Translations under genes and position numbers: made by a program
Part shown: piece by piece, positions 1-13,794 of the stretch
How the letters are laid out: each line of letters begins with the position of its first letter
Position numbering within the stretch: the first letter of the stretch is position 1
Notes under the pieces: model-generated
What the model was told of the DNA's origin: nothing
The model's database searches: none
Seen by the model: the letters and a program-made list of their open reading frames with translations, nothing else
NCBI GenBank assembly: GCA_009914755.4
Contig: CP068257.2
Location: 27,488,001 to 27,552,000 of the forward strand
Direction: 5' to 3'
DNA length: 64,000 nt
Source: the human T2T-CHM13v2.0 reference genome, Homo sapiens

Positions 1-762
1 CTTTGGTAAATCAATGTCTAAACAAAAAGGTCCCTGGATTTCCTACTTTTGTGAACCAATAATTACCTGTTGGTATTCAAGCTAATGTTAAGTTAGTTCT
101 TGACTCCTGCAACTGAAAGAATATAGGCTCATTCAGAGCTAAACTTCTTTTTTCTTTTTTCTCATTCACATGGGAGGTTTGGTTGGCATTTGGTCCTTTC
201 TTGCAGTAGGAGGATGTCCAAGTAAAGACATAAACCAGAAAGGTAGTGAGCCAGATCTTTAATGAGCCAAGCAGTTCAGTGTTTGGGATTTTTAGAAATA
301 CTTCAATGAGTTTCCTTTATAATTTCAGTAAAGATATGACCTTAACATTGAAGCTTATTTGAGAAATGTCTGAAGGGTACTTAGGCTACATCTCGTAGGC
401 CTTCTGATTTTAAGAGGCTTGTATTCATGGATAAATGTAGCTGTGGTTGGGGAAAAAAGAGAGAGACCAACATTTATGAACACCAGGCACTCAGCACTTT
501 CCTCACAATGTGTTCTTGCTGCATGAAGACCAAGGATGTCACAGGCACCAGTCAAATTTGAGTTGCAAAGCAGGCCACAGAGGGAAAGTCCTGCAAGTAC
601 TCAGTCATCAGCATGGGGAGGAGGAACTCAAACCAAGTGTACACTACAGAATGTGTCCCATGTTCATGTTTGTGCACCTGTTTGGTTTCTGGAAAGTGCT
701 CCCTCATGTTAAATTTATGTAGTTAAGTTGTAAAACAGGAAATCTTCCTTGACCCTTTGCAG

Positions 763-833
763 GATTTGTGAAAGGGGTGGCTTGTTTACTGAGCCCGCAG
801 CACTCAATCCCTTACGGGATGGGGAACATGCAG
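763..833 (+). other. Candidate internal spliced exon (71 nt). It is flanked by a strong acceptor (ccctttgcag|GATTTG) and a perfect donor (ACATGCAG|gtaagtgg). Frame 3 is open and ends in phase 0, so it could join the 11924 exon. It may be coding or 5'UTR.
   Basis: Splice-site consensus on both sides, read directly. Reading-frame compatibility with the downstream exon is an inference. No homology support. Confidence 0.3.
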
Positions 834-839
834 GTAAGT

Positions 840-1460
840 GGGTGCGGGGGCCAGGATGAGTGCTTCTGGGTGTCAGCGGGAGCAGAACTTTGTGCGGCCC
901 TGCGACAGCATCTGGGGGGGTACCCGTGACCCCTGGAGCCCTGAGGGCATGTATTACACTGCAGTTTTTTAGCTTTGCTGTTCACGGATGGCTTAAGTGT
1001 TTAACAGCTCAATGTGACAGCCCTCTGTATCCTGAGCTCTCATTCAGTGTCCAGGAAGAATCAGGTTGCACGAACGAATTGAAGATGGTAAATTGTGGGC
1101 GATTTTATTGCCAATGAAACTGGCTTTTAGTGGAATGGAGAGCTGGAAAGGGGATGGAGCGGGAACGTGGTCTTCCCCTGGAGTTTGGCCATCCACTGCC
1201 AAACTCTTCTTCGAGGCCCTGCCGTCAAGCCGTCCCTCTTAAGTTAAGCTGCTTCTCACCAACGTCTAGCTGCTGCTGCTTTTCTCTACTTCTCTGCCGC
1301 TCTGCTGCCAGTGGCGGCTGGGGTTTTTCTGGGTACAGGATGGGGGTCAGGGCAGGCCAGGGTGATTTTGGAAAAGGCAACATTCGGGTGGGAAATGAGG
1401 AATGCATGTTCTTACTTTGGGCCATGGGTCCAGGTTTGAGGGTGGGGTCCTCACTGGGGA
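840..1460. promoter_or_regulatory. GC-rich, CpG-enriched segment (about 16 CpG in 600 bp) immediately downstream of the candidate exon. Possible regulatory element or weak CpG island.
   Basis: CpG dinucleotides counted by eye (gtgcgg, cagcgg, tgcggccctgcgac, cccgtgac, cacgaacgaa, gagcgggaacgtgg, cttcgagg, gccgtcaagccgtcc...). The flanks are CpG-poor. Confidence 0.25.
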
Positions 1461-1675
1461 CTGCCCTCTTCTACCCAGTATTTTCCTGCCTCCTGTCTGT
1501 ATCAATTGTATTTTAAATTTGTTACTTTATTTGAATTTAAATTATAAAATTGGTTGATAAGAACTTTGTACATTTGATTTTGTAAGAGTTTTATAAAAAG
1601 ATTATATATAGTTTTATGCTTATACTTAAGTAATGCTATTTTCAAAATGAAGTCAATACTGGAGAATATTTTATC

Positions 1676-1981
<306 letters not shown>

Positions 1982-2689
1982 ATCTTTTAAATAAATGTTA
2001 TTCGCTGTCTATGAAGTAGTCCTGCAAAAAAAGAAAGTCACATCTGAATCTGACCGAGTTTCTAGATCCAATGGCTAATTTACAGTGGACAGAGAGAACA
2101 GAGAAGCATATTAAAAAACATTATGGAGGTGTAACTTTGGGAACTCTATAGTTTCTTTAACAAATAAATTTGCAAAAAAAGAGGGAGGAAGAGTAATTGT
2201 AGATTTATAAATATAAAAACTTAGCAGTCCATCATGTGTCCGGACTTTGGATCTTGATTAAAAATTTAAAAATTAATGGAGAAAACAATTGAAAATGTTT
2301 GTGATAAAATTGGAGGTTTGAATGCTGTCTGATGATGGGTAATGTTGGGGAATTACTGTGGTGGTGGTTGTTGGTGTGATGGTGCTATTTGGTTCTGTTA
2401 ATGAAGAGAGTGCTCTTCCTTTTTGGGGTACACACTGGGATATTAACAGATGATGAGAAATTTATGTTTTCCTTAGGATAACATTAAGAAGGTAAAGTAA
2501 ATCTATCTATACTATAATAACAAGCTTTAAAATTTGGTGCTGTTAGTCCTTCTAGGTTATATTCTTGGGAAAGATATAAATACTAAAATATAAGATAAAC
2601 ATTATTTTCTCATACAGTCAAAAATATTAAAGGAAATTTATTCTTTCTCCAAGAGTCTGCTGTCTAGGTGTTTATAGAAAAGGAACACA

Positions 2690-2992
2690 GGCCAAGGGTG
2701 GTGGCTCATGCCTGTAATCCCAGCACTTTGGGAGGCTGAGGCTGGTGGATCATGAGGTCAGGAGTTCAAGACCAGCCTGGCGAAGGTGGTGAAACCCCAT
2801 CTCTACTAAAAAATACAAAAATTAGCTGGGCGTGGTGGCAGGCACCTGTAATCCCAGCTACTCAGGAGGCTGAGGCAGGAGAATCGTTTGAACCTGGGAG
2901 GCGGAGGTTGAGGTGAGCCGATATCGCGCCACTGTGCTCTAGCCCGGGCAACAGAGTGAGACTCCGTCTCAAAAAAAAAAAAAAAAAAAAAA
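2690..2992 (+). mobile_element. Alu SINE (plus orientation) with a 23-nt poly-A tail
   Basis: ggccaagggtggtggctcatgcctgtaatcccagcactttgggaggctgagg...gagactccgtctcaaaaaaaa. Confidence 0.9.
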
Positions 2993-3199
2993 GAACACAT
3001 GTGTCACATTTAATTAACTTTAAATGGTAAACTCAAATTGTATAAAACCATTTAAGTTTTCATAAATAAAATATTTAGATAAAAGATTAATCCATTTAGA
3101 TAAATAGATAGCTAAATCAAGTTAAAAAGGCAAAACAGTGGCTACACACACATCACGTTATTCCCATCTGGGGAAACCCTGAGTTAGTCCATGCTTGCT

Positions 3200-3621
3200 T
3201 GTTGGCTATACAAATCAAGGGTCCAAAAACTCTGAGGATCAGGTAAAGTCTGTCCCACAGCCTGTTTTGGTATGACCCAGGAGCTAAGAATGGTTTTAAT
3301 ATTTTAAAATATTTGACAAATATCAAAAGGAGAATAATCTTTGGTGACATTTGGAAATTATATGAAATTCTAATATCAGTGTCTGTACTTTTACTGGAAT
3401 ACAGCTATACACATTTACTTACTGTTTTTGTAAATAAAGTTTTACTGGAGTCATCCATCCATTTGCATATTGTCTATGACTACTTTCAACTTAGAACAGC
3501 AGAGATGAGTAATTGTAACAGAAAGTGTATGACCTGAAAAACCTAAAATATTTATCTCCTGGCCCTCTACAAAAAAAGTTTGTCAACCTAGATGAAAAAA
3601 CTGAGTCCTGGAGGTATGAAG
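3200..3621. mobile_element. Ancient non-autonomous DNA-transposon relic. The terminus resembles the CAGGGGTCGGCAAACTTTTTCTGTAAAGGGCCAGATAGTAAATATTTTAGG type. Copy 1.
   Basis: Segment tttgtaaataaagttttactgg...ctatgactactttcaacttagaacagcagagatgagtaattgtaacagaaagtgtatgacc...aaaatatttatctcctggccctctacaaaaaaagtttgtcaacctag matches a repeat I recognise from memory. The family name is uncertain. Confidence 0.4.
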
Positions 3622-3829
3622 TCTCTGGTCTAAACTTCCACAGCTTTTGAATGCAGCATCACAATGCAAACCCAGGTCTTCTGAATCTAGGTACCCTTTG
3701 GATGTAGTTTTTTCCTATGTTTTTGCCCCCTTGAAAAAATGATTTCTATTTACATAGTGCCTGTTTTATTTCTGGCATTGTTGCACGTACTTGTATTGCT
3801 CTTTTAATTGTCATAACAACCTGTAGGAC

Positions 3830-3985
3830 AGGTACTATGATTATCCCCCATTTTATACTTGGGGAATTTGTGGCATATAATTTATTAAGTAATTTAACCA
3901 AAGTCCTACATGAGTAAGAGACAGAGCTGGGTTGGAGACCCAGGTGGCCTGACTTAAATGTTGCACATTGCTCTGTCTCCTTCAT
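3830..3985 (-). mobile_element. MIR-like SINE relic
   Basis: ccccattttatacttggggaa...taagtaatttaaccaaagtcctacatgagtaagagacagagctgggttggagacccaggtggcctgac resembles the MIR core in reverse complement. Confidence 0.35.
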
Positions 3986-4834
3986 TAAGGGAACCACAAA
4001 GCTAGTGAAAGAGAAACCATTGAGTGGTTCAGTGGTTCTAACCCCTGTCATTCCTCTCTTGAGCTTTGGGGGCACGAATGATACAGGGTTGATCATTCTG
4101 CTATCTTAAGCCTGAAGTGAACTTTGATTAGGAAAAGTGGCTCCCAGTTACCCTTAAAATCAAAGGCTGTGACAGTATGTGATCAGAAATCCTTACTCTA
4201 GAAACATACAATTTTTCTTTGTCAATTAAAATAAAAAGAAGTTCCTGGGGGAGGTGGTGTCTTGTTTTTGTCGTTGAGCCTTGATCCTTGCTTTGTGGTT
4301 TTTCATTGCATTGCCCTACGAGAAGGTTTGAGAAGGAGTAACAACATTACTGCAAGTTAGCACTGCAAGAAGGCTTCCTGGGAAACCTGGGAAACCTTAC
4401 CTGACATTTCACTGGGGTCAGGAGCGGAGGAAGAGGCTCCTCCAAAGAGCAATGGCACAAGACCAGCTCACAGTATGGAACAGGTCCCGTGGCACTTTCT
4501 TACCATGGCCTGCACATGCAGTCTCATGAACCAGTTGGAAGAGGTGTTTATTCACTGGTGTTTTCTTCAAACAGATGTATCAGTGCTTCATAGAAAAGCA
4601 GGGTTAATACATAACTTTGGGACTTTTGCTTTACTAACTGAGAAATCTGACAAAATTTTTTTATGGGGATGGAGTTGGGAAGAATGAATTGAAGAAAGTG
4701 GCAGCAAAAGAAGAGTTACTTCTCCCAGAGGACTCTGCATGTGCCATACGGCACTGTGGGGGGAGCTGTGCCTTGGCTGTCCACTGGATGTTCAATCAGG
4801 ATAAGGCCATCCACTGGATGTTCGATCTGGAGAG

Positions 4835-5430
4835 GCTGGCAAATTATAGTCTGCAGGCCAAATCCAGGCTGCTCTCTCTTTGTAAATAAAGTGTTTTTGG
4901 AACACAGCCATGTGCATTTGTTTCCTGTTTTTGTCAATAAAGTCAGAGCCCATCCATTCCTATACATGTTGTCTATGGCTGCCTTTATGCTACAGAGGCA
5001 GAGATGAGTAGTTGTGACAGAGATCCTTAAGAGCTCACAAGTGTAAAATATTTCTTTCTTTCTGTTTTTTTGTTTGTTTGTTTGTTTTTTGAGATGAAGT
5101 TTTGCTCTTGTTGCCCAGGCTGGAGTACAATGGTGTGGTCTTGGCTCACTGCAACCTTCACCTCCCGAGTTCAAGTGATTCTCCTGCCTCAGCCTCCTGA
5201 GTAGCTGGGATTACAGGCACTCGCCACCACGCCTGGCTAATTTTTGTATTTTTAGTAGAGACGGGGTCTTACCATGTTGGCCAGGCTGGTCTCAAATTCC
5301 TGACCTTAGGTGATCCGCCTGCCTCGGCCTCCCAAAATGCTGGAATTACAGATGTGAGCCACCGTGCCTGGCTCACAAGTGTAAAATATTTCTAATATGG
5401 CCCTTTAGAGAAAAATTGTGCTGACCTCTG
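4835..5430. mobile_element. Second copy of the same ancient DNA-transposon relic, split by a nested Alu insertion
   Basis: ggcaaattatagtctgcaggccaaatccaggctgctctctctttgtaaataaagtgtttttggaacacagccatg...ctatggctgcctttatgctacagaggcagagatgagtagttgtgacagag...[Alu]...aatatggccctttagagaaaaattgtgctgacctctgg parallels copy 1 and the remembered consensus. Confidence 0.45.
5056..5372 (-). mobile_element. Alu SINE (minus) with a (TTTG)n/poly-T tail and a perfect 21-23 bp TSD (G)CTCACAAGTGTAAAATATTTCT at 5033-5055 and 5371-5393
   Basis: Alu body read directly. The identical flanking 21-mer is visible on both sides. Confidence 0.9.
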
Positions 5431-6857
5431 GATATAATGGAAGAGTGATTATTTTGCCATCATGGAATATTTCTTTGTTGGAGACTACCGGCCGTATATG
5501 TCACATAGCAATACAGAGCTGACTTTAAAATGTTGGGGAAAATGTCTTCTCAACTATTCTCTAAATGCTATGAATAGCCATTAAAATTTCTTTTTTAAAA
5601 TTTCCAGAATGAGGGTCTACCCAGACTACTGAGTCACTATGGCAAAGCCTGGGAATGGGTATTTTTTAAAGGCACCTAGTAATCAGGTACTTTTGAGAAA
5701 CACTAGCCTGGAACATACCAAGCTACATACGTATTGAGTTGTACTGAGAAATTGATATTGCATAATTGTGACAATAGTCTATGGTAGGAGTGTATTATTG
5801 ATCATAATTCAGAAGCAAGTCTAGAGCTCAGTATGTGAAAAGCTCCTTGAATATTATTGAAAATAACTTTCCAAATAACTGTAAAAACACATTTGTTGCT
5901 GAAAATAATAAAATAAAAATTATACATTATTGCCACCATCAAGAAACATACTGTTAATCTGTTTATATATTGATGCAGAAACACATCCTTTCTGGATTGA
6001 ATTTATATAATTCTATTAAATTCTTAAAATACCATGTAGTTATTTTGGGTTTCAGTTATGGGAAGGGATTTCACTTGGATTTCAGATTTGTTACTCTCTT
6101 GAAAGTGTTTGGATAAAGAGCCAAGAAATACATCGTTGCTCATATGGGAACAGAAAAGCTGGTAAATGTTAATTGTGACTGAAAACCTTGAATTTATGTT
6201 ATCAGATTCAGAAAGAGAACATTTAGACAATTTAGATGTATTTTTTTTGTTCCTTTCTCATTGTTGTCAAATTATCTTTTAATGAAATCTTTTTCTTTGT
6301 AGCCCTTTACCAACTGGGCATCTACCACACCTCTCTTGATGTCATTTTTGATGTCATGAGGATGTAGCTGTCAGTGTTGCAGCTCACACAGTGGGCAATC
6401 CCCAGGCTCACTTTAATGATTCCAGAGAGTTCTGTGGATAAAGATCTATGCTGTGTTGGTGAGGAGCTGTTGACAGTATCATAGAAGGCAATATTTCCGT
6501 TGTGTTTAATATGTAACTGTCTCTTTCTATCTCTGTATGGTTCTTTGAGAGCCTGATGGTCAGTGCAGAAAAGGAAGGTGCTACTTCATCCTAGGTCTGT
6601 CCATTCTGAACTGTCAGTTTCACTAGAATTCAGCCACTTCCAGTCACTGACTGCCTTGGCAATGTCAGTGTCACCACCAGCTTTTCTGAAGGCAGACCCA
6701 GGGGGCCAATTTGAGAGACAGCACAGATGTGGTATCTGCTTTCCCATTGGCACACATAAGATGCAAAACTTTGATTTTCTTGGGGTGGAACTTGGGTGTC
6801 ATGATAAAGATGGCTAGTGTCAGATGAACCTGGATACTGGACCACTGAAGAAAGTGA

Positions 6858-7216
<359 letters not shown>

Positions 7217-7339
7217 AATTAAATCTTTGATACGGAGTGCATCCTGGTGTAGTGGAAGTAGCTTGAACTAATAATTAGAAAACCTGGATCCTATCTGGGT
7301 TCTTAATTCTATTATGGTCATTCATCCTCAAGCCTGTTA

Positions 7340-7450
7340 TTTGAATTGTCTGCGTCTCAATTTGCTCATCTGTCAAATCGGGATGGCAATACTGACAAAG
7401 ACTATTGTATAGGATCTTCTGGAAGATTAAAATGAGGTCGTGAATAAGAA
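7340..7450 (+). mobile_element. MIR SINE 3' portion
   Basis: gtctcaatttgctcatctgtcaaatcgggatggcaatactgac...attaaaatgag resembles MIR cctcagtttcctcatctgtaaaatgggg...gattaaatgag. Confidence 0.35.
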
Positions 7451-7689
7451 ATTCACTTCGATAAATTATAATGCATTAGTAAGTTTTATTATAACCATAA
7501 AATAATATTAAAACAGTAATATTAATTCCTGAAAAGAATAAGCTTATATGTGAATGTTTTAATTGTCTGAGTCTGTACAGCTTTATTGTTGTATATATCA
7601 TAACAAATTAGCCTTCCATTCATTAGATTAAGAAAACCTGCTGAGTCCTTTTACTTGTATATTTAATACCTTTTGAACAGTTTTCAATT

Positions 7690-8810
7690 TACAGAAAAAA
7701 ACGGAGTAAAATGTATGGAATTCCCATATATTTCCTCATCCCTCTAACCCCTAATTAACATCTTTGCTTCAATTAATGAACCAATATTGATACATTATTA
7801 TTCATTATTAGTCCATAGTTTACATTAGGGTTCACTCTGTGTTGTACATTCTATGGGTTTGGACAATTGTGTAATGATGTGTATCTACCATTACAGTCTC
7901 ATATAGAATAGTTTCACTGCCCTAAAAATCCCTCATGCACCACCTATTCATCCTTCCTTTTTCTCTTCCTGAATCCCTGGCAACCACTGATCTTTTTACA
8001 GTATCCACAGTTTTACCTTTTCTAGAATGTCATGTTGTTGGAATTATACAGCATGTAGCCTTTCAAGATTTAGCTTCTTTCATTTAGTAATATGCACTTA
8101 AGATACTTCCATATCTTTTTGTGGCTTGATAGTTTTTCTTTTTATCCCTGAATGATATTCCATTGTCAGGATATACCAGGATTTATTTACCTATTGAAGA
8201 ACTTGGTTGCTTCCAAATTTTGGCAATTATGCATAAACCTGCTATAAACATCTGTATGCAGGCTTTTGGGGAAATAACAAGAAGTGTGATTTCTGGGTCA
8301 TGTGGTAAAAGTATGTTTGCTTTTGTAAGAAACTGCCCAACTGTTTACTAAAGTGGGATATACTATTATGTTTTCATTCCCACCAGCACGGAATGAAAGT
8401 TCCTGTTGCTCCACAGCCTCACCAACATTTGATGTTGTCAGTATTTTGAATTTGGGTTATTCCAATAGGTGTATAGTGGTATTTCATTGTTGTCTTAGTT
8501 TGCAATTCCCTAATGACATATGATGTTGATCATCTTTTCATATGCTTACTTGCCATCTGTATATTTTCTGTAGTGAGATATCTTTCAGATCTTTTGCCTA
8601 TTTTTTGATTGGGTTGTTTGTTTTTCTGTTGTTGAATTTTAAGAGTTCATTGTATATTTTGGATGCCAGTCCATCATCTGATATGTATTTTGCATATTTT
8701 CTTTCAGTCTGTGGCTTGTGTTTGCCTTCTCCTAATATTTATTTTGCTTATTTAACCTCAAAAATCACAATCCAATTATTTTTTAAGTACCAATGACATC
8801 CAGGTTTACA
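7690..8810 (-). mobile_element. LINE-1 (old L1M/L1P-type) 3' end: 3'UTR plus ORF2 C-terminal region, shown antisense
   Basis: T-rich antisense L1 hallmarks: ...tgaatgatattccattgtcagg..., ...ggtatttcattgttgtcttagtttgcaattccctaatgacatatgatgttgatcatcttttcatatgcttacttgccatctgtatattttc..., ...tttgcctattttttgattgggttgtttgtttttctgttgttgaattttaagagttcattgtatattttggat... Confidence 0.75.
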
Positions 8811-9249
8811 GTTTTTAAAAAGGTTGACAAATCCTAATGCTGTATTCTTATTTACCATTGACTCCTTTTGTGGTTGGTTGCATTTGAAGAATGAATCGAG
8901 TCATCAAGCCCAACATGGGCTCAACCTCAAACCTCACATTCTTAACCAGGATCCTCGCTGCTATCATCTGAGAGTCAGCCTGTGGCCTGTCCAAGTTGGC
9001 TGGGTCTGGCTGAGCTGATTGGAGCGGCCGACATTTTTGCTGACTGGAGTCATGCTATCTTTGCCAGTTTGCTGGAATAGACACAGACACCGATTGGGTC
9101 ACGCTGAAGACATTCCTGTCTTGTGAAGCAAGTCTGTTTGTATTTTAAGTTTGCCAGGACTAATGAATTAAAACATTTGGACTCCCCACAACTTGCTGTT
9201 TATCAATGCCTCTGACAGGAGGAGGGTTTTCTTTTGCTCTTGCTTTTTC

Positions 9250-9540
9250 TAGAAAGATGACAACATCCTGGCTGTTAGAGAGGCAAGGAAAGGAGAGAGG
9301 GGTTGTGAAGGGAAGCGGAAGGGAAGGGAAGGGAGGTCCCGTGGGACGCTGGGGTCTGGGGCAGAGCAGGTAGCAGCGTGCTGCCCTGACAGCTGTCTCC
9401 GCTCCTCAGATTGTCAGTGGCTGCTATGCAGCAGGTGCAGCCTGGTCTCTCACTGAGTCTCTACTCCACAAAGGCAACGACTGGCCAAGGCAGTGGCTGG
9501 CTCTGGGTTACACAAGTGCAGACACTCAACTAAGTGAGGT
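9250..9540 (+). other. Candidate alternative 5' exon or regulatory segment. A (GGAAG)n-rich purine tract and several CpGs are followed by a good donor (CTAAGTGAG|gtaagcc at about 9538). Possible upstream acceptors are CCCTGACAG| and CCTCAG|.
   Basis: Sequence motifs only. One frame is open for about 160 nt and ends in phase 0. No homology support. Confidence 0.2.
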
Positions 9541-10430
9541 AAGCCAACAGGTGTGAAAACTGAACTAAATGCTCAGATCAGCAGCAACTTAACCAAAGCT
9601 CTGTTACAGCCTGTAGCCAAGAGAAGGAACCTGTGGTTCGTTTCCCCAGACGGTGTGATGAAAAGGCAAGTTGGTGTAGGGGCATTTGTGGTCAACATGG
9701 TGTGGAACTCAAAGTCCACTCAGTCTTGCCACCATCCTTTCATAGGCAGACAGATGTTCTCCATTGAGCGGAGGGGAGGGACTCTAATTAGCTGTGTTTA
9801 TTAATTCCATTTCCTGTAGCTGGAAACCATACCAGAGGACTATTTACAAAATCCTTGAGGCAAATTTCTACCTCTTGTACTTGATTTCTTGGTGCGGGAA
9901 AGTGTTGGGGGATTTAGCCAAAAGAGGAGTGCAACTTTCCATCCTTAGATGTTATGCTAAAGTGATTCGGTGATTGTACAATGCATAACAGTAAAACTTT
10001 TCTTTTTAGCTAAAATGTTAAGGGAATTTTAATGGTTTCTTCTGTTGAATTTGAGACAATCCATGCCATTCCCTAGGTGGCTAACAAAATGCTTGATTCT
10101 GAGCAGGTAAGACTGGACAGAAGGGTGGCAGAGTTAAGATAAAACAAATCCTGAATCAAATAACAGATATTTTATATTACTCTTTTTTAAAATTAAATGT
10201 TTCATGTCACTATTTCTTTCTAACTTAGAATTACATGATATGGACAGTGGAGAGCTTTTTGGTGCATTGCTACTTGTAGTGCTAAATAAATGGGCCAAAT
10301 TATGATTCTAACTGGATAATAAACAGTTGCTGGTTTTTCTCCAAAGCTATACTAGGGTTTTAATATAAGCCTGATCTTTTTTCATATGCTGGGTAAGATG
10401 ATTCCATATGTATGTATGTCTAAATATACA

Positions 10431-10450
10431 TGTATATATATATATATGCA
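10431..10450. repeat. (TA)n microsatellite, about 10 units
   Basis: catgtatatatatatatatatgc. Confidence 0.8.
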
Positions 10451-11083
10451 TTGGCTTTGGCTCTATAAATACTTTTAAAAACAAAATTCAGTGTTCTGGA
10501 CACTATTTTTAGCTAGATAGAGGAAAGTTATGGGAAAAAGTCAGAAACCGTGCTGTGAGAAAATGTCCTGCTAAAGCATTTCCCAGAATCTCTTTAAGGA
10601 TGGCTAAAGAGATTATTTATACTTTGCCATTTTTAGAGCTATTTCCCTTAAAATATCATTCAGGTTTTTTGGTTTACTGTCTACATGAGAAGGAAAGTAG
10701 AGGGTTTAGGGGAGGTGGCACTAAAAATAGAAAAGTTAAATATATGTTTTTAAATAAGAAAGATATCATGTATTTATAACTATCTTTTCCTAGTCCCCTA
10801 TAGACATCAAATTATCAAATATCTTGGTTAAAATATATTTGGGCTAAGTTCTCTGATTATAACCAGAAATATTCATGTGTTTTTGCCCATTCCATTTTAT
10901 CTGCAGGATGTTTTTTTCCATTCATTCTACCTTAATTAATTAAATGATGATTTGATAGCTGGAGTAGAATATCTATAGGATGTTTTTGAGTCTTGTCTTT
11001 GCTTTTATAGAGTGTTAAGATGTGCATCCTTAGAAATGTTTGGTAGACTTACAGGTAGTTAATCAGATATTTAAAGCATATGA

Positions 11084-11428
<345 letters not shown>

Positions 11429-11923
11429 CTTTTGGTATTCTTTAAATGATTCCATGAAACCCATTCTTTGCCACTCTCAGATTAATAATTCAGATTTAAT
11501 TTAGGCTTTTGAACATGAAAAGCAAGTCTAATCTGAAGCCATCTGATACCTTATTAAGACTATATCTCTTTTTATCCTCCTCAGTTGAAAGTAAAATACT
11601 TTATATGACCTTAAAGAGGCAGGATTGAACTGGTCCATGTAAAAAGATATTGAGCAAGTAAGGCAGGTAGAGATATTTCCCATATTTCATTCATTCTAGA
11701 TGTATATTGCAAAAGCAATTTTTTCTTGAGCCAAGAAAAAAAGATTTAAATGGGGCGGATGAATACTTTTGACATAGAAAAAGCTCAAAACTAGGAGTAT
11801 CTTTAGAATAAGCAGGTAATGCTTACTAACCTTAATAACTTCACCTGTAATTTCCAAGGGCCTCTGAGTATTTAGGGGGATGATGCTGGATAAAGTGACA
11901 ATGGCTCTCTCTTGCTGTCACAG

Positions 11924-12032
11924 CTGGAAGACCCAGGAGAAGGCGGAGGCTCAGGTGCCCACATGATCAGCACAGCCAGGGTACCTGCTGACAAGCCTGT
12001 ACGCATCGCCTTTAGCCTCAATGACGCCTCAG
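11924..12032 (+). CDS. MAP3K7CL: Coding exon (109 nt, phase 0 to phase 1) encoding LEDPGEGGGSGAHMISTARVPADKPVRIAFSLNDAS(g). It is homologous to TAK1 ...[38 protein letters not shown]... It can only join the exon at 27701-27872 through the internal acceptor at 27811.
   Basis: Acceptor ctctcttgctgtcacag|CTGGAAG. The donor CGCCTCAG|gtatac is weak-ish. Only one frame is open. Residue-level similarity to the TAK1/MAP3K7 C-terminal region is from memory. The leftover-1 phase fits the 27811 acceptor exactly (g+AT=GAT, Asp). Confidence 0.5.
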
Positions 12033-12794
12033 GTATACTCTGCTCTGGAAGAAGGATTGTTTCCTTCATACCCCACCTTTCTAGCATCTTTTCTAATGCC
12101 ACGCCTCTGTGGAAAATTTAAAGTTGCATGCTTGCATGACCTGATGATGGGGAATGTGATATTTCATCATGCATTGTTAGATGGCGGCTTCCAGAAATGC
12201 CTCTAGTGATGCTTTCCTCCACCTTGAGTTTTCGGGTCATTTAAACTCATTTTTTTTCTCCTCCCTCCCCATTCTAGCTTTCTTTTAGAATAAAATTCAC
12301 TGAGCTACAACAATTTCTAACAATAGCAAAGTGTGTTATTGTTAAAACTGCATGAGGAAACTTTTATTAGGAGCTGGCAGTTGGTTAGGTAATATGAAAA
12401 TATCACTGTTCCGTTTACAGCAACATTTGCTGAAGCGTAAGTTAGAAATGCTGGTTTCTCACTGGTGCTCCCACACTTCTGGCTAAATCAACAGACTTCA
12501 GCAGGAATGATAAATGGGACAGGTGAGGAGGAGCCTCTCTAAATAGTAAGGTCTGAGGTGAAACTGCCATACTTAGAGCCCTTCGTCATGGCTCCCCTCA
12601 GTGACCTCTTAACACACATTGAATTGCACCACTTTTGAACAAAAGACCTCATGTGGCGGGAGGTCACGGTGCTGAGGAAAGGAAGGCTTGGCTCTCTTCC
12701 ACTGGCATCCGCCATTGCTCTTAGTTTAATGTCATCTGTTAAAATCACATGCTTAAACAACATTACCATTTAAACCTTGGGTCTTTTGAGGACT

Positions 12795-12815
12795 CTCTCT
12801 CTCTCTCTTGCTATA
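12795..12815. repeat. (CT)n microsatellite
   Basis: ctctctctctctctcttg. Confidence 0.8.
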
Positions 12816-12853
12816 ATGCCCATGTAGGGATGATGCTTTAAAAAGTAATGATT

Positions 12854-12983
12854 GGCCGAGCATGGTGGCTCACGACTGTAATCCCAGTACTTTGGGAGGC
12901 CAAGGCAGGAGGATCCCTTGAGCCCAGGAGTTTTGAGACCACCCTGGGCAACACAGGCAGACCTCATCTCTATTTTAAAAAAA
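12854..12983 (+). mobile_element. Alu left-monomer-like element (FLAM or truncated Alu) with an A tail
   Basis: ggccgagcatggtggctcacgactgtaatcccagtactttgggaggccaaggcaggaggatcccttgagcccaggagttttgagaccaccctgggcaacac...ttttaaaaaaa. Confidence 0.7.
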
Positions 12984-13386
12984 GTAGTAATTGAAAAGGG
13001 ACAGAATCATTCCAAAATAATGCAAAGTAAGGAGCTCTGTGAAATCTGATGTCACACAACCATTGCAGGCTTGGGGTTACTATGCCAGGTGACACATTTA
13101 ACCTGGAGTTTCCTAGACTGTTAGCCTCCAGTGGAGGATGTATTCCGTAGCAGGAAGAGGTGAAGGCTTGACTCTTCATAATCAGTTTTTCCAAACCTCT
13201 TCTCATGATCTGCCGTTGTACTGTGTCCTCACTCAGGGTCACCCTGAAAGACAGTGGTGAGAAGAAATCCTCCCAACAGGCAAATCAATCCACCCCAACA
13301 TAGAAATGACAACTGCCATTAACTATACTTCTCTGTCATAATAAGCATTTGCCTGTATTATCTCTGATCCTTAAGACAACCATGCA

Positions 13387-13794
<408 letters not shown>

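Noticed and set aside
4716-5174. 152-aa minus-strand ORF
   Set aside because: It spans the DNA-transposon relic and the nested Alu. It is a repeat-derived chance ORF.
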